DNA of 62,629 nucleotides, the filler included, from Calcarisporiella thermophila CBS 279.70 (Eukaryota; Fungi; Calcarisporiellomycota), in the NCBI RefSeq assembly GCF_041956535.1. It is 11 parts of 10 records of this genome, joined end to end, with 100 filler letters (N's around TTAATTAATTAA, not from the genome) between each part and the next. Parts side by side here need not be neighbours in the genome. Positions count along the whole stretch, not along the records: positions 1 to 3,708 come from NW_027192192.1; positions 3,809 to 7,199 come from NW_027192240.1; positions 7,300 to 9,077 come from NW_027192192.1; positions 9,178 to 24,059 come from NW_027192220.1; 7 more parts are not named here. One strand, given 5' to 3'. The notes under the pieces are model-generated. The model was not told where the DNA came from and ran no database searches. It saw only the letters and a program-made list of their open reading frames with translations. This document shows, in pieces, positions 1-12,530 of this stretch (positions are counted from its first letter, which is position 1; each line of letters opens with the position of its first letter). The position numbers and the translations under genes are program-made.

Positions 1-3000
1 AATTTCGTCAATTTCAAACAAGCCATTACACAAATTGTGAGCCATCATGATATGATCAGAACACGCTTTACCAAGAATGACGATGGCTCGTGGACGCAGG
101 TTGTGCTGGATGTGAGTGCGTGTGATATTAATGTCCATCACATCGAGTGCATAACAGGGGAAGAGGTACAAGAGCACGTGAAACAAATGGCCACTACATT
201 GAACATTGCCAGTGGCTCTATGCACTGTGCTGCACTCTTCGAGGTGAGTTAATTTTTGAATTTTATCGCGATACATTATATTAAAACTAACTCTATATTG
301 CTTTTACCCCCAACAAAAATAATAGCTCGGTACTGAGCAGAGGATTTACTTCACCATTCACCATCTTGTGGCGGACTTGGTTTCGTGGCAAATTCTTCTT
401 GGAGATCTCGAACGCTTGCTTCAGGGCGACAGACTCGAGGAAAAGACTACATCATTCCAGGAATGGGCCAATTCACAAGTACATCAAGCTTCGCTTTTCT
501 GCCCAGCTAAATGGACACAGAATATCCAACATATCGATATGTCAGATCTCTCTGAGAGCAGTAGCACAGAGTAACAACTTTCTATCTAGCTGTCGTATAA
601 TAACTCTAATTCATTCTATCAAATCTGTTGCTATATTAGACCCATCTCTAGCGACAACCAAGTCCTCGTAAGCAAGCTCTGTGCATCCATGTCGAGCCTT
701 CTTGATACGGCCAATGAACCATATAGAACAAGCAACCAAGATTTAATTCTTGCTGCACTATTGATGAGTTTCCATGCAACGACAAGGAAAACGAATCTAT
801 CACTCAGCCTGGAAGGTCATGGTCGTGAGCCATGGGACAATCAACTGGACGTGTCAAGAACGGTTGGATGGTTTACCACAATATATCCCGTTACATTATC
901 GGTGACACCTTCATATTCAATTGGTCAAGTGATTATGGGTGTTAAGAACAGTCTTCGTATGGTTCCGGACAAAGGATTGTCCTATGGAGCAATCAAATAC
1001 CTTGCATTCTCGACGGATTCATTAAAGGAGATCAAAAGTCATAAGTTGGCGCCAATCAGCTTCAACTATTTAGGGCGTTTCCATAACTTCCAGAAGGCTG
1101 ATGCATTCTTTATTCCCGATAATCGTATAGATGCCAGTAACCATGATGAGAATGAGATATTCGAAGAAATTGCAATTAACTGCTCATTCAATGCTGATGG
1201 ATATTTGGAATTGAATGTTCGCTTTAATTCTTCTCTTTTCCAATCTGGTGTTTTGGAGGAATGGGGCAAAAAATGGGTAGAATCAATGGAGGTCATTGTT
1301 AATCATTGCACTAATCCTGAAACCCCTGGCAGTATCTCATCCTATGATCTAACACTGCTAACTGATCCCATTTTAATATCCGAAATTGAGGAAGAGCATT
1401 TGCTACTTTTGGGCGTCAAACCGCGCAATATAGAGGATATCTATCCTGCTACACCTCTGCAGGCAAGCTTTATCTCGGCTCTTGCCCTAGATCCTCAAGC
1501 ATATATGGTGCAATCAGTGTATGAGGTCGAAGGGATTTTTGATGAGCATCGCTTTAAATATGCGTGGAAGAAAGTCGCAGCTGCAAATCCCATACTTCGT
1601 ACTGCGTTCATCTCTACTCAACGTGGAGTCTATCAAGTGGTGCTCAGAAATCCCCCAAATGTGCTCGAAGAATCATTTGAATGGGCGGAAGATGCGGTTA
1701 GCATGCAACAAAAAGCCATGCTGATTGCAGATCGTAATCGAGGTTTCCATCTAAAACACGTTGTATACGCTAGGTTCACTATTGCCAAAATCAAAGATAC
1801 CAACCGCTCCCGGCTTTTGTGGACCGTGCATCATTCAATCATCGATGGGTGGTCCAAGCTCCTCCTATTCAACGATTTAATGAAGGCGTATTCAGGGGAT
1901 AAATTGGAAATCCGCCCACCGTTCAAAGCACATATTGAGTCGATCCTCTCAACAAATATCGATGAGGCTAAGGTGTATTGGACATCAGTGTTTGAAGGAG
2001 CGACGGTTCCTGAGAAGCTGAGTATATCTGATGAGATCACGCCAAATGGGGGTTCAATCTCTCAGACATACAAACTTGATATCACAATCGATCGACTCCA
2101 TGGTTATTGTAATGAGCTCGGTGTAACCATCTCGAATTTCCTCCGAGCAATATGGGCCATTGTGTTGCGGCACTACACTCGGTGTGACGATATCATATTT
2201 GGGTGCGTGGTCATGGGCCGTAATGAAAGGGTCGACAATGTTACAAGGTACCGCTCGCCCCTATATGCTTGATTTCTATTTTAACATATTATCTATTTAT
2301 TAAACTTCCATTAATTATAAATATATGTAGTATTATCGGAGCGCTCATCAACACTATACCAATTCGAGCTGTTCTGAAAGACACCATGACAATCAATGAA
2401 CTTCTACACGCTATGCAAGATTTTCATATTGCCTCTCTCCCTTATAGCCATATTCCACTGGGTGACATTAAACGCTGGACGGGGCTGCCGTGGATGCAAG
2501 AAATGTTCCCCACCATCTTATCGTATCAGGATACCAGTTCACAGTACGATGACACAGGGAACATGAGTAATGAATTCCGCATAACCGAGATTGAGAATCA
2601 CGAGAGCACTGAATATGCAATCAGCATTAGCATTCACCAAACCAACTCGCATCTTAATCTTACCGCATTAATTGATACGTCAATTATCGGTCTCGGAGCA
2701 GTTAATCGAATGGTTTCTAAATTCGAGGATGTGCTGATGAGAGTTTTGAATGGCTCCTGCCAATATCCCCCAACCCTTTTAGAACTTGATGCTCTGACTT
2801 CAACGGATCAATTCATTTTGAACGATATTAGCCATGGAGAACAAGCAGAGCTTGCTTATCGGTGTCTTCATCACGGTTTTGAACTCAACGCATCGTGGAA
2901 TCCTGATTCTATAGCCGTCATGGCTTATTCAGGAGACTCTATCACATATGGAGAACTGGACCAATATGCTAACGCTCTTGCGCACGAATTGCGCAGACTA

Positions 3001-3708
3001 GGAGTAATTCCTGGGTGCAATGTTGGTCTCGTCATCAAGCGTTCAATAGAGATGATCATCGGAATTCTTGCAATCCTCAAGGCGGGAGGAGCTTATGTGC
3101 CAATCGATGCAACCTTCCCAAGAGATCGTATAGAGTACATATTGAATGATGCGGATTGCTCGGTTGTGGTAACTATGAGAGATGCCATCAACTCCATTCC
3201 TGATGCGGAAAGCAACGTGATTATCCTGATAGAGAAGTTCATGTATTCTGGCACTGCCAGCATAACAAAACCAGCAGATATATCAACTAGTGAAGACACT
3301 GCTTACATTGTGTATACTTCAGGAACTACTGGGGAACCAAAGGGAGTGCCAATTCATCATGGGGGTGCCATGAACTGCATACAAGATCTTCTTCACAAAA
3401 ATGGATCTGGTCCTGGGGTCTTGCAGTCGCAATTCATGTCAGTTGGCTTCGACGGTGCAATTGGAGAGATATTTACTTGCTTCACCCATGGGGGAACTCT
3501 GATACTTCGCTCTGAAGATGATGTTATTGCATCGCTGAACAATGTGCAAACGCTTTTTATTACGCCAACTGGATTACAGCATATTAAACCTGAAGATGTT
3601 CCAAACCTTCGTGTCATAACTGTGGGTGCAGAGCCAGTCCCACAAACATTAGTCGATACGTGGTTGCCCCATGTAAAGTTGTTAAATGTTTACGGCCCAA
3701 CCGAAACT
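1..3708 (+). CDS. Nonribosomal peptide synthetase, internal fragment (epimerization - condensation - adenylation domains), spliced, truncated at both ends
   Basis: GT-AG introns at ~244-325, ~571-639 and ~2248-2329 join the ORFs. E-domain motifs HHLVADLVSW, LEGHGRE, SRTVGWFTTIYP, FNYLGRF. C-domain motifs IEDIYPATPLQ, HHSIIDGWS. A-domain motifs LKAGGAYVPID, YTSGTTGEPKG, NVYGPTET. Ends at the contig linker. Confidence 0.95.
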
Positions 3709-3808
3709 NNNNNNNNNNNNNNNNNNNNNNNNNNNNNNNNNNNNNNNNNNNNTTAATTAATTAANNNNNNNNNNNNNNNNNNNNNNNNNNNNNNNNNNNN
3801 NNNNNNNN
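3709..3808. other. Artificial contig linker (N-run with TTAATTAATTAA, stops in all six frames). Repeated at 7200-7299, 9078-9177, 24060-24159, 30920-31019, 33378-33477, 37496-37595, 49079-49178, 55986-56085, 58682-58781
   Basis: The same 100-nt structure occurs at all ten sites. Confidence 0.98.
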
Positions 3809-3827
3809 GTTGGGGGAGGTACTAGGT

Positions 3828-4086
3828 TGGGTTAGTAAATAAAGAAAAACCTACTAGAGGAAGGGAGAATTTTGATGGTGGTTTTTAGAAAGCTACTACA
3901 AGTGATTGTGTATCGATTGCACTAAAAATGAGAGCTCTAGGATGTATATTCGCAGAGTTATTAGCCCTCAAAGATTTTGCTATAATTCTGGAGATTTATA
4001 TCTAAATAGATTGGTCCAATCAAATCTCATAATTCTTATTTCTATATTTCTGATTCTGTCTGATTTTTTGTGGAAACTCCCATATA
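3828..4086. repeat. Dispersed repeat, probable DNA-transposon end; near-identical inverted copy at ~30661-30919
   Basis: Reverse-complement match over ~260 bp; ORFs 3906-4106 and 30507-30842 share the same translation. Both copies abut contig ends and terminate in GTGGAAACTCCCATATA. A diverged copy of the same terminus lies at ~26951-26986. Confidence 0.85.
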
Positions 4087-6332
4087 AAAGATTAGACAAA
4101 CAGTAAATAATCCTCGGCCACTTTTTTGCTCATACCGGTTACCGTTGGGCTACTTATTAAGTCATCTCAAGATGAACATGCTGGCGAGGTCTCTCTTCGA
4201 GTGTAGAAGGAAATTCTTACTGGAGAAGATGAGCCTGAGGAGATCATATACACTGCTAAGCCCAAACACTACCAAAGGACCCCACAGTGAGTGATGGACG
4301 CGTTCCCTCAAATCCTGGACCTCATTTTTTTTGCCCGAGCACCGAATCCGCTAAAGGGACCTTCGCGCAAAATAGTGGGCCCGCGCGCCAGCAATGCCAA
4401 GCAGCTTGCTTTAAGATGTGTCACAACAATCCAAAGCAAATGATCGTTCATTTGCAGACTTCCAATACCGTCTGGCCTTAACTACGAGAACGATCGACAC
4501 GCTTTCCCTTTCGCTCCCGATATTCGTGGAACACAATCACGACGTGGTCTCAGATACTCTTTGCCACTTTTGGCTGCAACTATATCGGGACATCACTTTG
4601 TAGATGCAAGACCATCTCGCTGCAGTGTCAATATCAAGACTCGCAGAGATCAGACAAGGGGATACTATAGCGCTAGTCTCCGTTATACAACTCCGGAGCA
4701 TACCCTCAGCCCCGAGGCAATGGCCAGAGATGCGCATGCAACAGTCTCGTTTTAACCTCTGCAGCAAAAAGTATAGCTTAGTGTCCAACCAAGTCATCAC
4801 TCTGAATCGAAAGAATTGTTCCATGTCCTCGCCTTACCTGTCCTCATTTCGTAGTTGCCTCTCAGGGCCAACGCTGATCGCCACAGCTTCAGAGAAATCG
4901 GCCAAATTCTAAACATGCGAACGCTTTTGCAAGAAATAGGCTGGGCCCACATGGTAGCCAATCAGTGTTTTTTTATCATGTACTTGAAATAAAGAAACTA
5001 GTAGTAGTATCCTTTCTTTTCCGAGCATTCACAACTTGATTATATACTTGGATTTTTTTCCTTTGCCAAATCTTTTGGCCAGAAATACCATTAATATATC
5101 GCAAACATTAAGTTATCTTGGTAAAATACTCTTAATATATAATATTAAAACTGAAAAAGATAGAATAGATCACAAATATCGTAATTCTTTTTGAATTTTT
5201 TTAATGTTCCTCACCGATACATTATATTTAGGATAAAACCTTTCAATCGACTAGCTGGAGTATTATTTCAACTGCCCTCAACAAACTGGTCAAATATAAA
5301 AAACTATTTTGATTTTCAATCCCCATATTTTATTTTATATACTTATCATCTCCTTTTTCTAAACTATCCTATTTTCCTGCTAAGATGCTTTCTACCTCAC
5401 CTACACTTCTGCACTTGTATTGTTTCCTTCATAGGCTGACAATCAGCTTAACCTATGTCAATCTTGATTAATCATCAAGATCCTCAACCCGACGAATACG
5501 CAGCTAGAAAAGAACATATATGCGGAATGTTGCTTGTGTGAGAATAACGCCATCTTGAAATATTCCTAACAGAATCTTGCCAGACTTTTCTTTCATTGAG
5601 TGGAGTTACGTAAGATGCATATGGAATGAATTCAAAGGGATACAATTGGAAAAATAATTCATTTTTACGCTCTTTAACCTCTGTATTTAAGTTGTATCTA
5701 CCGTCCAATAAGGGGAAATGAAATTATAGATTTTGATGTCGAGCCGCTAGTAGTAAATTTTCTTTTTTGATTCATCAAGATCAAGACATATTTCGTTGAA
5801 AAAAATTTAGCCTAATTGGAAAGTAATAACCATTTGAAAATTGGCGCAGTATATTAATCAATAGAAGATTGCCGTTTAAATATTATTAGCAAGCTTTTTT
5901 AACTATTGTATCCTAGCAAATAGGTAATAGATAAGTGAAATATGTATATGTTCTATAAAATATGCTTAGACTAATCTGTTGATACCCCGTATCAGTCTCT
6001 TTGTGAGGCGTCGAAAACTTAATTATTTAGAATCCCTACTAGTATTAAATATGTCAATTAAAATATCATACTTTATTTTTATTGTTGAAATTACCTTTCA
6101 AATCTCTTTTTATCATCGCAGTGCTTATAAGCAATAATCCATTAAATTCATATTATTCATATTTGATATCATCAGAGTAGCATAAATTCTTTGTTTGAAA
6201 GATTTATCAAATTGATAACGCAGGAATGATATCCTAATTAGATTTGAGAAGTATATAAAAGGGAGCATTTGCAATTATTGAATTGCTCAGAACACTTCGA
6301 ACAAAAAACAATCAACGACAAGCACAAATAAA

Positions 6333-6842
6333 ATGCTCAAGAACTATTCCTTTGTACTTCTTCCTTTCGCTCTTCTTGGCTTTTTCTGCCCTTCCCTCGC
6401 TTCTCCCTCTGCTGATGTAGATTACACAGTTGACAAGCGTAGTGGTGGGTACAATTGGGATTATCCATGTGGATATTGCGATTATGATGTATATGGAGGC
6501 TATCCATGTGGCTATGGCAACTATGGAGGATATTGCGGTTATGATTATTATCCCTTCATTTATAACAACGCATATTATGCCAATGCCGCTAACGTGGATA
6601 ACTGTTTCAAACATCGCGCGAACCTTGCCGCTAACGTCAAAGCTAGTGAATGCACCGATGCATCGAACCACGCCAATGTGTTCAACACAGCTAATACGAA
6701 CACAATTGTGAAGCGCAGTCATAGATATAGCTATTGTGTCCCATACGGTATCTACGATAGAGTTGGGTACGGATGCTTGCCCTATGGTTTTGGAAGATTT
6801 GGATTCGATCTCCCTTATGGTTGCTGTAACTGGCTTTGGTAA
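6333..6842 (+). CDS. Small secreted Tyr/Gly/Cys-rich protein with two KR (Kex2-type) sites, 169 aa
   Basis: Hydrophobic N-terminal signal peptide (MLKNYSFVLLPFALLGFFCPSLA). DKR and VKR dibasic sites. YPCGY/GYCGY repeats. TATATAAAA ~80 bp upstream. Intronless. Confidence 0.85.
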   Translation: MLKNYSFVLLPFALLGFFCPSLASPSADVDYTVDKRSGGYNWDYPCGYCDYDVYGGYPCGYGNYGGYCGYDYYPFIYNNAYYANAANVDNCFKHRANLAANVKASECTDASNHANVFNTANTNTIVKRSHRYSYCVPYGIYDRVGYGCLPYGFGRFGFDLPYGCCNWLW

Positions 6843-7729
6843 ATACCTCTGGCTTTAAAAAAACAAGAGCATCTTCGACATTGTGGGGATAATAACAACA
6901 TAATGATTACCTTCAATAAAAATATCATAAATAACGTATAACTGGAATTGTGAACATAGCTCGGTATATACTGGCGCATAAAGGATCTTAAGTAGATGTC
7001 TTTTCCTTATATTCCATCTTCGATCTCAGTGAATACCTAAGTTATTTTATATTCATTCAAAATTTACCAAATATACGTCGTTTAATCTAAAAAATTTAAG
7101 AAGAATAAATTAATGGAGTTTTGGGGTTAGTAATCAACAGTAGTCTTGAACTGGATGAATTCACCCCTACAAAAAGTCTTTTTAAGGAAATTGCTTAGAN
7201 NNNNNNNNNNNNNNNNNNNNNNNNNNNNNNNNNNNNNNNNNNNTTAATTAATTAANNNNNNNNNNNNNNNNNNNNNNNNNNNNNNNNNNNNNNNNNNNNT
7301 CCCGCGGAGTAGCACAGCAGCCATTCCGCACCAGCCAAACTACTGCCGAAACTTTGTGCTTATTCTCAAGAGAGCGGGCACAGAGTTTCGGCAGAAAGGC
7401 AAGCTTGTCGCGAGGGCATAGGGAGCATTAGAAGCCGATGGACGCTGACGAAGGGTTCCAACTGCATGGAAAGGGGCTCATTCGAGGCCACGTTGTAGCT
7501 GTATTGAAGAGGAGATGAGAAGTGGAGAGGGTGATATGAGAGGGAAAGTAAGCGAACGTATACAGCGCGGTGGAAACGACGCAAGCAATCTCGACTCCGA
7601 CCTGCTGAAGCTTGTGTACCTGTTACGGCAGTGGTACACTGCAAAGAAAAAATTGAACTTTTCCTGCTTTGGAGTAGTTTCAAGAAAGCTACTTGACTGG
7701 TTTCTTCCTCATTTCAGCGCACATCAGAG

Positions 7730-8886
7730 CTCTCATCGCTTCTCTCATCTTTTTATCTCATCTTCCTTCATCCTGATCCGCCATCCCCAGCATCACGTCA
7801 TCTCACATTGAAATCGTCAGCCATTCTCCCGAGGAATACTTCAAGCGCAAGGTCGCTCTTATCACTGGTAATAGCAACGGTCCACGTTCATGGTTTGACA
7901 TGAAAAGAGTCAATTCAAGGTGCAAGGGCGGCATTTGTTTGCCCGTCGGGATGAATATTGACGTCGTGAAGGGCGAAAGCAGTCGGATCGAAGGCGGCGT
8001 GTTGGAGTCGCTGTCGACTCGTACACCCATTTCAGACTGGCACCAACCAGATAGCCGTCTACACTTACGATGGTCAGACCATGGTCAAGGCAGTTAATGT
8101 GCCTTTTGATGATCAAAGCATCGTGAAGTTCATCCTTACCCCAACTGCTGGAAACGGGGGTGCCGTCGTGGATGATAGCATATAACTTGTCCGGTTTGTA
8201 TGGATTCATATTCTCTGGCGCCAGCGCAGAGTGGTGGCAGTCCAACGCGACAACTCCGCCACGTCAAGTCAAATTACGCGATTGTTTACGGGCCGAGAGA
8301 TTCACCAGGTGGCGATAAGACGAATGGCAATTCGAATGACCGAGGTGGCATATCGAAAAGTGGACTTGCCGGGATCCTTGTAGGAGTGCTCGCAATGGTT
8401 GCTATCGCTAGCATCCTTGTCTTTTGCAGGTGGAAACAGAAGCCACAAGCACACGACAATGCCACATTTTCGGAGAGAGTCAAAGGAGACAACGAAATTC
8501 CTATCAAAGTAGACTACTTCATTTCGTTCTTGCCATCGCAGTCCCAGCTTTCGCTTCCTCCAGCCCACTCGCATCTGTACGAGCTAGCCAGCAAGTTGCA
8601 CCAGCTGGTGGACCAACATTTTCGCATGCCTTTGGAGTACTCTACATCCCCGCAATCGCGCCTCCCCGCCACAGATTACCAGCACCTCCACCCTCTTCAC
8701 CACTCCCACTTTCTCCTCCAGAGTATGTTAACATTTCACAAGACAGGTCAACCTTACACCAAATCTACAGTTCTCCAACCTCCCTCGACCCACCTTCCCA
8801 ACATCACTCGTAGAGTCGTGCACACCCTCGTCAACACCCGAGCCGCAACCATCTTCGACGAGTTTCAGCATCGTACAGCATCTTGA
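7730..8886 (+). pseudogene. Probable frameshifted single-pass (type I) membrane protein gene
   Basis: The segment GLAGILVGVLAMVAIASILVFCRWKQK is a typical TM plus positive-inside motif, followed by a Pro/Ser-rich tail. Upstream coding-like frames are broken by stops and frameshifts. Confidence 0.4.
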
Positions 8887-11212
8887 CACACTTTCATAAC
8901 AGCCGGAATAAAGTGCATGTGCGCCACAACGCCTTGAAGGGTGGTTGACCTTTTTTAAGGAGTCGTTTGTCGTGGGGGAAGGGTTCATATCAAATAATAA
9001 TGGCAGCGACGTCGCGAAAAGAATGCGTTCCTTGAGGCATTTTCGAGGACAATGCGGGATGCGGTTCTTGTAATAATNNNNNNNNNNNNNNNNNNNNNNN
9101 NNNNNNNNNNNNNNNNNNNNNTTAATTAATTAANNNNNNNNNNNNNNNNNNNNNNNNNNNNNNNNNNNNNNNNNNNNGGCATGATTTTATTTTTCTGTGA
9201 TCTAGTTTCAATATACCAACAAATTTGTAACATACTTTTTGGCAAGCAGTTTTTAAAAGCAACTTTTACACGTATCTTCTTAAGTTCCCTTCGTTTAGAT
9301 ATTATGCAGTTAGACTTGATTAAGCTTTTTTTTTTGAATGTCAACGAAAACCTAAGAAGAATTACTATATCAATATATCCCTGACAGGAATTTCCGATGC
9401 GCTGAATAGAAGTAAAGAGAATCCAAAATTGTGCAATTAATGGTCTCTTTTATAAACTAGATATCAATATCCCTATATTGACTTTGCCTATGAATATCGG
9501 AATAGGCTCTTGGAAGATTGCAAGTGCGTCACATAGTCTGATTTACGTATAAAATAATGCATAAACTTAGATAGCTGTAATTCTTTGGTTAATACAATAC
9601 GAATCCACTAATTGAAGAAAATGGTTGATATGTGTAACGAAGTCAGTAAGAAAGAAGTACCTCTCACTCTTAAGGAAACTCATTTTATCTTCTAGAAATT
9701 CGAAATTTAACCAGCAGAATATATCAGGTAAAAATATGATCAGCACTCTTAGATGAGAAGATCTAGACAAATTAAGTTTTATTCACACAGCTTGATGATT
9801 CTAAGATTGTATTGCGCTGAAAAGTTCAACTGATATTAAAGCCATCGTGTTGCAGTATTATATTCTTCAAAGCTATCGTTTGATTATAAAAATTAATCCT
9901 AAGAGGTTACTTAGGAAAATTTATTCAGGTAAATAAAAAGGTTGATCATAATATCCATCAATATCCAATTAATTTGTGATCCAGTGCAGAATAAATAACG
10001 TGCAATTGAACAAGTATTCCACGAGGATATAATAGAAATGATACCAGGAAATATAGAGTATCTGATGAAAGCAAGTAGTGATTATAAAAGATCATGAAAT
10101 ATTTTTTTGCTTTTATACAATATTTTACTTGGTATCATAGCGAAATAAGTTTGTGTCTATACTTTCATCTTTAATGTATGTCTCATAATATTAAGGTTTT
10201 TTTACAAGCCGTGTAGGTAGTCACGTGAAGCATAACAGTTGTGTTTGCTGTTTGTAAAGCAACTCAATATAGTGGTAAATGATGATATGGAAGGAAAAAT
10301 GTGAAAAATGGCAATTTCTTATACAATATTCGGGGCAGATTGATATAGAAATCCTGTTCTCTCACATTCATGTTTCGGTTGCTAAAATCTCAATTAACGT
10401 CCTATAATCGTTCGATTTATTTCTTCATTTATTTACCTTATATAATGTTGTCAAAGATATACGCTCCGCAATGGAACGAAAAGAGTTGACGAAAAAAGAT
10501 TCAGTGAAAACAAGAGAGAGAATCGGCGTGCCAGATATTCTGGCTATGTTACTTTGATGTAATTAATGAAAAAAGACAATTTTTTAGACTGTATGAGCAG
10601 CAACAAAGAAAGCTTGAGAGAACCGCGTGTGGCTACAAGGAGGATACAAGCCACCAAATGAAGGGCAGCACCAGACGAAAAAAGGTAATTGCCAAAGTGG
10701 TTCTGTTGATTAATTATTTAATTTCTATTATTGCATAACAAGGTGTTTCTAATAAATAATTCAATAAATAGCCAAATATTCAAGCACCATTAATTAAAGC
10801 ATTATAAGTATTGGAGCAATCACCCCCTTTCAAATTAGTAATTTATTGACATAGAGAAGTTCGAATCTTCTTCATACCAGATCTAAGCATTTTATTGTTA
10901 CATTGATCCAAGCATTTTCCAAACGTAGATTTCTTATAGGGATGGAGGAATTGCTACCCATATGTTTACAGAATTTTTTAAAATTTCCCACACTTGTTTA
11001 TTTTTGTTTTGTTTAGATTGTAACTAACCTAAAAATCTCCAATTCTATTTACATTTTAATTTTTTATGAATGTTTTTTATCTTTATCTTATCTATATATA
11101 TTATTACGAATGAAGCACGATTTGGGCTCCGAAAAAGCTGTAAACATCCAGTGAATGAAGCTTGGGCTCGAAGCCTAAAGGGTATTGGCCGAAGTTTGTG
11201 AAGACTAATATC

Positions 11213-11337
11213 AGATATCCTTAAAGGGCTATAAATATTCCCAAAAATAAATCTTTCGGAGAATAAAAGGATATCCATGACACTTGGGGTTTATGGGTAG
11301 AAATTCATTTGGTAAAGGCCTCGACCAGTCTAGAAAC
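11213..11337 (+). repeat. ~125-bp degenerate duplicate of the halogenase upstream region (20072-20195)
   Basis: Collinear shared blocks: AGATATCCTTAA, CCAAAA.AAATC..TCGGAG, TATCC.TGACACTTGGG, TTATGGGTAGAA, ATTTGGTAAAG, CAGTCTAGAAA. Confidence 0.8.
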
Positions 11338-11729
11338 AATCCTATATTATGACAAACCAATTTATTGCTGTATAATGTATTATATAAATGGTCTTTCAAT
11401 ATGTTGAGTATATTTAATGGATGCGACTGAGATATGATAAGTAATGCAATATCTGTAATTTGCCCATGTCGAAATAGATTATTATATATTTTTATTCAAT
11501 ACCAAAGGAATATGTATGCGTATGACCAAGTTTTTATATTAAAGTTTTTAGAATTTTCGAAAATTATTCTCAGAGTTCTTATTGTTCAATTCACTAGTCT
11601 AGATATCAATTAGGTAACAACATTATATTTATGTGTTCCAATGGAATGTTGCAGAGATACAGTCTGTGTGCCCTATTACCATATAACTAGCTAGCTTTTA
11701 ATGGCAAATCGAGCATCACAGTGGGAATC

Positions 11730-12031
11730 GGAATAGGTAGTCAGCAGTCCATGCTTTACGATCCCGCTCTTATTATATTTTACTTATTTATGGATTTTTC
11801 TTTTGTTTTCATTCACTCCCTTCTTGTCGGGAGGGCCAAGGGAATGTGTTTGAGAGTTGACACGATTATATATGTCTCAATTAATCTTATTTTGTTTTCT
11901 TCGTTTTCTTTTATATTCCTTATTTTTTCTTTAATTTTCCTTAGGGATCTATCAATATTTTCATTGAAAGTAACTATTTATGACCAATAAAACAGCCCCA
12001 TCATCATCATGTACTGCTGACTGCCTATTCC
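11730..12031. mobile_element. MITE-like element with terminal inverted repeats
   Basis: GGAATAGGTAGTCAGCAGTCCATG (11730-11753) and CATGTACTGCTGACTGCCTATTCC (12008-12031) form a 22/24 inverted match around an AT-rich non-coding interior. Confidence 0.6.
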
Positions 12032-12530
12032 TTTTACACTAAGCCTAGCATATGCGACGGCTTAGTATTAAAGTATACTGAAGTGCCATTTGAATTCGCC
12101 GTATCAATACTGAGAAAATGTTTGACGTTATCCAAAAGTCACACCATAATAATATTAGTAATCCGAAAATGACAAATCATATAGTGTAACTAAAATGATC
12201 AATTGGAGCGTAAGTTGTATCATTTGAGATTACACAGTACAACCCTTTGTTCACGATATTACACATAATCCGCTTTGGATATCGCCCACCTGGTAACTTC
12301 TTGCTAGTATGCCAATCGATACATCTCGATCACCATTCATAAGTTGTTTACATCGACACATCCCCTCCTTCTCCATATCTTTTCTCCAAAGAGTATCTCT
12401 TTGATATAGCTCTCCTTCTTTATCTCATTAGGTAGGAATATCGGATTTTCCTCATAGGGATTGAATTCTTTTCTAAAGCATTATTCAATCATTGATGTAA
12501 CGAAATAATTTTCAAATACTTAGCATTAGA

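Noticed and set aside
3709-3808. Recurrent TTAATTAATTAA motif inside N-runs
   Set aside because: Synthetic six-frame-stop linker used to concatenate contigs; not biological.
3906-4106. Duplicated short ORF MCIDCTKN... (also 30507-30842) as a gene family
   Set aside because: Non-ATG ORF lying inside a repeat; the identity reflects DNA duplication.
4100-5710. Short ORFs between the repeat and the secreted protein
   Set aside because: Coding-like debris with no assignable motif; probably decayed TE or pseudogene sequence.
9178-11200. Additional cluster gene (TF or flavin reductase) upstream of the MFS
   Set aside because: Only short AT-rich ORFs without recognisable motifs.
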